The notes beneath the pieces were generated by a model. That model made no database searches, was not told the origin of the DNA, and worked only from the letters and a program-made list of their open reading frames with translations. From an uncultured Acetatifactor sp. (GTDB lineage Bacteria > Bacillota > Clostridia > Lachnospirales > Lachnospiraceae), in assembly GCA_947589075.1 (NCBI GenBank), contig CANQBS010000003.1:23467-87466 (forward strand): a stretch of DNA of 64,000 nucleotides, written 5' to 3'. Position 1 is the first letter of the stretch. Every line of letters begins with the position of its first letter. Below are positions 61,314 through 64,000 of this stretch, piece after piece. Made by a program: the position numbers and the translations under genes.

Positions 61314-64000
61314 TCATTCCCTTTCTGCCCGGTTCATCCCAAGGATCTCCATCAGTTCTTCCTTCGTAAAGCTTCCGCTTCCGATTTCCTCCCCGCTTAA
61401 CACCTGGTCGGCCAACTGGCGTTTCTTTTCCTGCAGATGCAGGATATTTTCTTCGATCGTTCCTTTCGTGATCAGCTTATAAACAGTCACTGTATTTTCC
61501 TGCCCAATACGGTGAGCCCGATCCGTCGCCTGATTTTGCACCGCAAGGTTCCACCAGGGGTCATAATGGATCACAATATCCGCCGCTGTAAGATTCAAAC
61601 CCGTACCCCCCGCCTTTAAAGAAATACAGAACACATTCGTATCATCCTGCTGGAACTTTTCCACCAGTTCTTTTCGTTTCTCCTTGCTTGTGGAACCGGT
61701 CAGGGTGTAATATGTGATCCCCTCATCCTCCAGCTGCCTGCAAAGGATATCCAGCATGGAAGTAAACTGAGAAAATAACAGTATCTTATGTCCGCCGCCC
61801 ACCGCGCTGCGCACCATATTCAGGCAAAGCTCCTTCTTGGCTGATTCCTCCGGAAAATTTTCATATAACAGCATCGGGTCGCAGCACAGCTGGCGCAGCC
61901 TGGTGAGTTCAGATAAGATCTGGATTTTCGAAGTTCTGAACTCTTCCTCCGTCTGCTTATCCAGCATCAAAGCGATCCGCTTCACATGCGCATCATAAAG
62001 CTTCTGCTGTTCTCCCTGCAGGACAGCATAAACTTCCTCTTCCATCTTGTCCGGGAGATCCTTCAGCACATCCTTTTTCAACCTGCGCAGCACAAAGGGG
62101 CGGATCATTTTCTGAAGCTGTTCCATGGCAGCCTTATCCTGCTGCTGCACGATAGGGCTCTCAAACTTCTCCCGAAACCGCTGATAAGAGAACAGGAACC
62201 CCGGCATCAAATAGTCAAAAATGCTCCACAATTCACTTAAGCGGTTCTCCACAGGCGTCCCGGTAAGGGCAAGCTTACACTCCGCCTCTATCTCCTTTAC
62301 AGCCCTGGCAGACTGTGTATTGTGATTTTTAATAAACTGCGCTTCGTCTATCACCTGACAAAAAAACTTTTTCCCCTGATAAGCCTCAATGTCCCTTTTT
62401 AAAAGGTCATAAGAGGTGATCAGTACCTCCCGTTTCCCAGCCTGTTCGATCATCTGCTGTCTCTGTGACAGGGTTCCCACGATCATTTTCACCGGAAGAA
62501 GCGGGGTAAATCGCTGTACTTCGTTATACCAGTTATACACCAGGGAAGCAGGCGTTACGATCAGACATCTCCGATTATCCTCCGCTCCTGCGTCCATAAA
62601 TTCCGAATACAAAAAAGCCAGGATCTGCAGCGTTTTTCCCAGGCCCATATCATCTGCCAGGATTCCGCCAAAACCATTATATCTGAGGGTTTTTAACCAT
62701 AAAAACCCTCTCTTCTGGTATTCCCTCAGCACACCCTCCAGAAGCTCCGGCACTTCAAAATCATTATCCTCTACTGTGCGCATATTGCGTATCAGCGCCC
62801 GGAACGCCTTATTCTTCACTGTGGCCAGGGCCTGGTCCCCTTTTAGTTCGCCGTCCAGAAAAAGCGCCCTGTATTTTGGCAGGGCGATCTGCTTCTGACC
62901 CAGCTGCTTCTCCGAAAGCCCCAGCTCATTCTTCAATACGCTGAGGGTTTCCAGACCTTCTCCTTCAACCTTTATAAAATCCCCGTTCTTTAAGCGATAA
63001 TATTTCTTTCGCCTGTCATATCGGCTTAAGATCTCAATCAGTTCTTCCTTTGTCATATCCTCAGAGCTCATACTGAGTTCCAAAAGGTCGCCGGAAAGAG
63101 ATATGCCCACTGTCACATGGGGATTCGGCGCTACCCTGATCTTTTTCAGGGCATCAGAAACAAAAACTTCTCCCAGCTCCTGCATTCTGGAAATTCCTTC
63201 TGTCAGGATTTCATAAATCTGATCTTCCGTATCTGCAATAGCCATGGTCATCTGCACCGGATCATACGCATTGCAGTAAGCAGCCACTGCCTGTCCCACA
63301 ACGATCTCTCTGGCCAGATCGCGCTGTCCCGCATCCTCCCTGTCGCCATAAACATTATATTTCCGGTCACCGTAAACCGCCATCACCCGACAGGTAATAA
63401 GGTCGCGCTGGGGCGCATCCAGATAAATCTCGAAACTCACGGGATTCACATCATAATCCCGGATATTAAAATTCACCTTCTCGCATTCATAGTATTTCTC
63501 CAGATCGGGCAGAAAATCCCTGCAAAAGGCAGGCACATCCTCCTTCTGAATAAAGATTTTCCCATTCCCCGCCTGTTCCGCACACATCTGAAAATCTCTG
63601 ACCGGATCCAACTGTTCCCTGGGAGAAAGATAAATATTCCCATTTTCAAAATAGATATCCCTGTGCCTTCCCTGATACCGTACCGGGCAGGATACCTCCA
63701 GCCAGATCCCCTCATCCCCGCCTAATATCCGAAGCCTTCTGGCCGGTTCTCCTTCTTTTACCTGCCAGAAGATCTCTCCGTCGCTATCATCTTCTGAATC
63801 GCCGTTTTCGTAATAATTTTTCCGAAATCCTTCTCCGCCAGTCCTTTCTTTTTTTGTTCCCCGGTTCCGCTTATAAACTACAGCCCTGATCTGTTTTGTT
63901 CCGACAGACTCTAAGAACGCTTCCAAATCGCTGTCAGAAAGAGACATTTCCCGGATCTTCGGGCGCAGATTTCCATAATGATACCCATAATAATTATTCT
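61314..64000 (-). CDS. SNF2-family helicase (SNF2 N-terminal ATPase + helicase C domain); the reading frame is still open at the right edge
   Basis: ADDMGLGKTLQILAF (motif I), VIDEAQFIKNHNT (motif II), FSQFTSML...LKAGGTGLNLTAAD...DPWWNLAVQNQATDRAHRIGQ. The first ATG is at 63947, but there is no in-frame stop between 63948 and 64000, so the true start may lie outside the window. Confidence 0.85.
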   Translation of the reverse strand, partial: NNYYGYHYGNLRPKIREMSLSDSDLEAFLESVGTKQIRAVVYKRNRGTKKERTGGEGFRKNYYENGDSEDDSDGEIFWQVKEGEPARRLRILGGDEGIWLEVSCPVRYQGRHRDIYFENGNIYLSPREQLDPVRDFQMCAEQAGNGKIFIQKEDVPAFCRDFLPDLEKYYECEKVNFNIRDYDVNPVSFEIYLDAPQRDLITCRVMAVYGDRKYNVYGDREDAGQRDLAREIVVGQAVAAYCNAYDPVQMTMAIADTEDQIYEILTEGISRMQELGEVFVSDALKKIRVAPNPHVTVGISLSGDLLELSMSSEDMTKEELIEILSRYDRRKKYYRLKNGDFIKVEGEGLETLSVLKNELGLSEKQLGQKQIALPKYRALFLDGELKGDQALATVKNKAFRALIRNMRTVEDNDFEVPELLEGVLREYQKRGFLWLKTLRYNGFGGILADDMGLGKTLQILAFLYSEFMDAGAEDNRRCLIVTPASLVYNWYNEVQRFTPLLPVKMIVGTLSQRQQMIEQAGKREVLITSYDLLKRDIEAYQGKKFFCQVIDEAQFIKNHNTQSARAVKEIEAECKLALTGTPVENRLSELWSIFDYLMPGFLFSYQRFREKFESPIVQQQDKAAMEQLQKMIRPFVLRRLKKDVLKDLPDKMEEEVYAVLQGEQQKLYDAHVKRIALMLDKQTEEEFRTSKIQILSELTRLRQLCCDPMLLYENFPEESAKKELCLNMVRSAVGGGHKILLFSQFTSMLDILCRQLEDEGITYYTLTGSTSKEKRKELVEKFQQDDTNVFCISLKAGGTGLNLTAADIVIHYDPWWNLAVQNQATDRAHRIGQENTVTVYKLITKGTIEENILHLQEKKRQLADQVLSGEEIGSGSFTKEELMEILGMNRAERE

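Noticed and set aside
61314-64000. The SNF2 helicase considered as part of an anti-phage defence system.
   Set aside because: Only a single gene is visible, and no methyltransferase, nuclease or other partner lies inside the window. The idea cannot be supported from this sequence.

Overview
Chromosomal cell-envelope glycan super-locus. Gene content and Shine-Dalgarno usage look Firmicutes/Clostridia-like, but the taxon cannot be proven from this sequence. 43 of 45 genes are on the minus strand and many have overlapping stop/start codons. No tRNA, rRNA, CRISPR array, transposase or integrase was recognised. Reading in the direction of transcription (right to left) there are four blocks. (1) 61.3-64.0 kb: an SNF2-family helicase that marks the right border. 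(2) 47.5-61.2 kb and 21.4-45.9 kb: two long operons that together encode a complete pseudaminic acid pathway, with pseB at 57.8 kb, pseC alone on the plus strand at 46.2 kb, and pseF-[FkbH-like]-[ACP]-pseH-pseI-pseG at 32.8-38.4 kb. They also encode a GT52-like candidate nonulosonate transferase, an MsbA/PglK-like ABC exporter and a WecE-type dTDP-4-amino-sugar transaminase. There are three polyprenyl-phosphate sugar synthase (GtrB/CsbB/ArnC-like GT2) plus polytopic membrane protein modules. At least six further large polytopic (GT-C-like) membrane proteins are present, and one more is frameshifted. O-acylation genes include an MBOAT with an SGNH-like partner, an AT3 acyltransferase and two anchored SGNH proteins. 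(3) 17.2-21.3 kb: a GH25 muramidase with Big_2 and cell-wall-binding repeats, and a divergently transcribed SGNH protein. (4) 0-17.2 kb: an ABC-transporter-dependent rhamnose-type polysaccharide operon. Its order is rfbB-rfbA-rfbC, wzm-wzt, a 1479-aa methyltransferase/kinase-like/GT2 fusion, multi-domain GT2s, a phosphosugar mutase and a WbaP-type initiating transferase cut by the left edge. The most unusual features are the carrier-protein loading module inside the Pse operon, the giant terminator-like fusion protein coupled to Wzt, and the density of GT-C-like proteins. A family of GC-rich hairpin repeats, tandem repeats and a recurring 10-mer in the operon spacers are also notable. All functions are inferred by eye from motifs and gene context. 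No database search was run.
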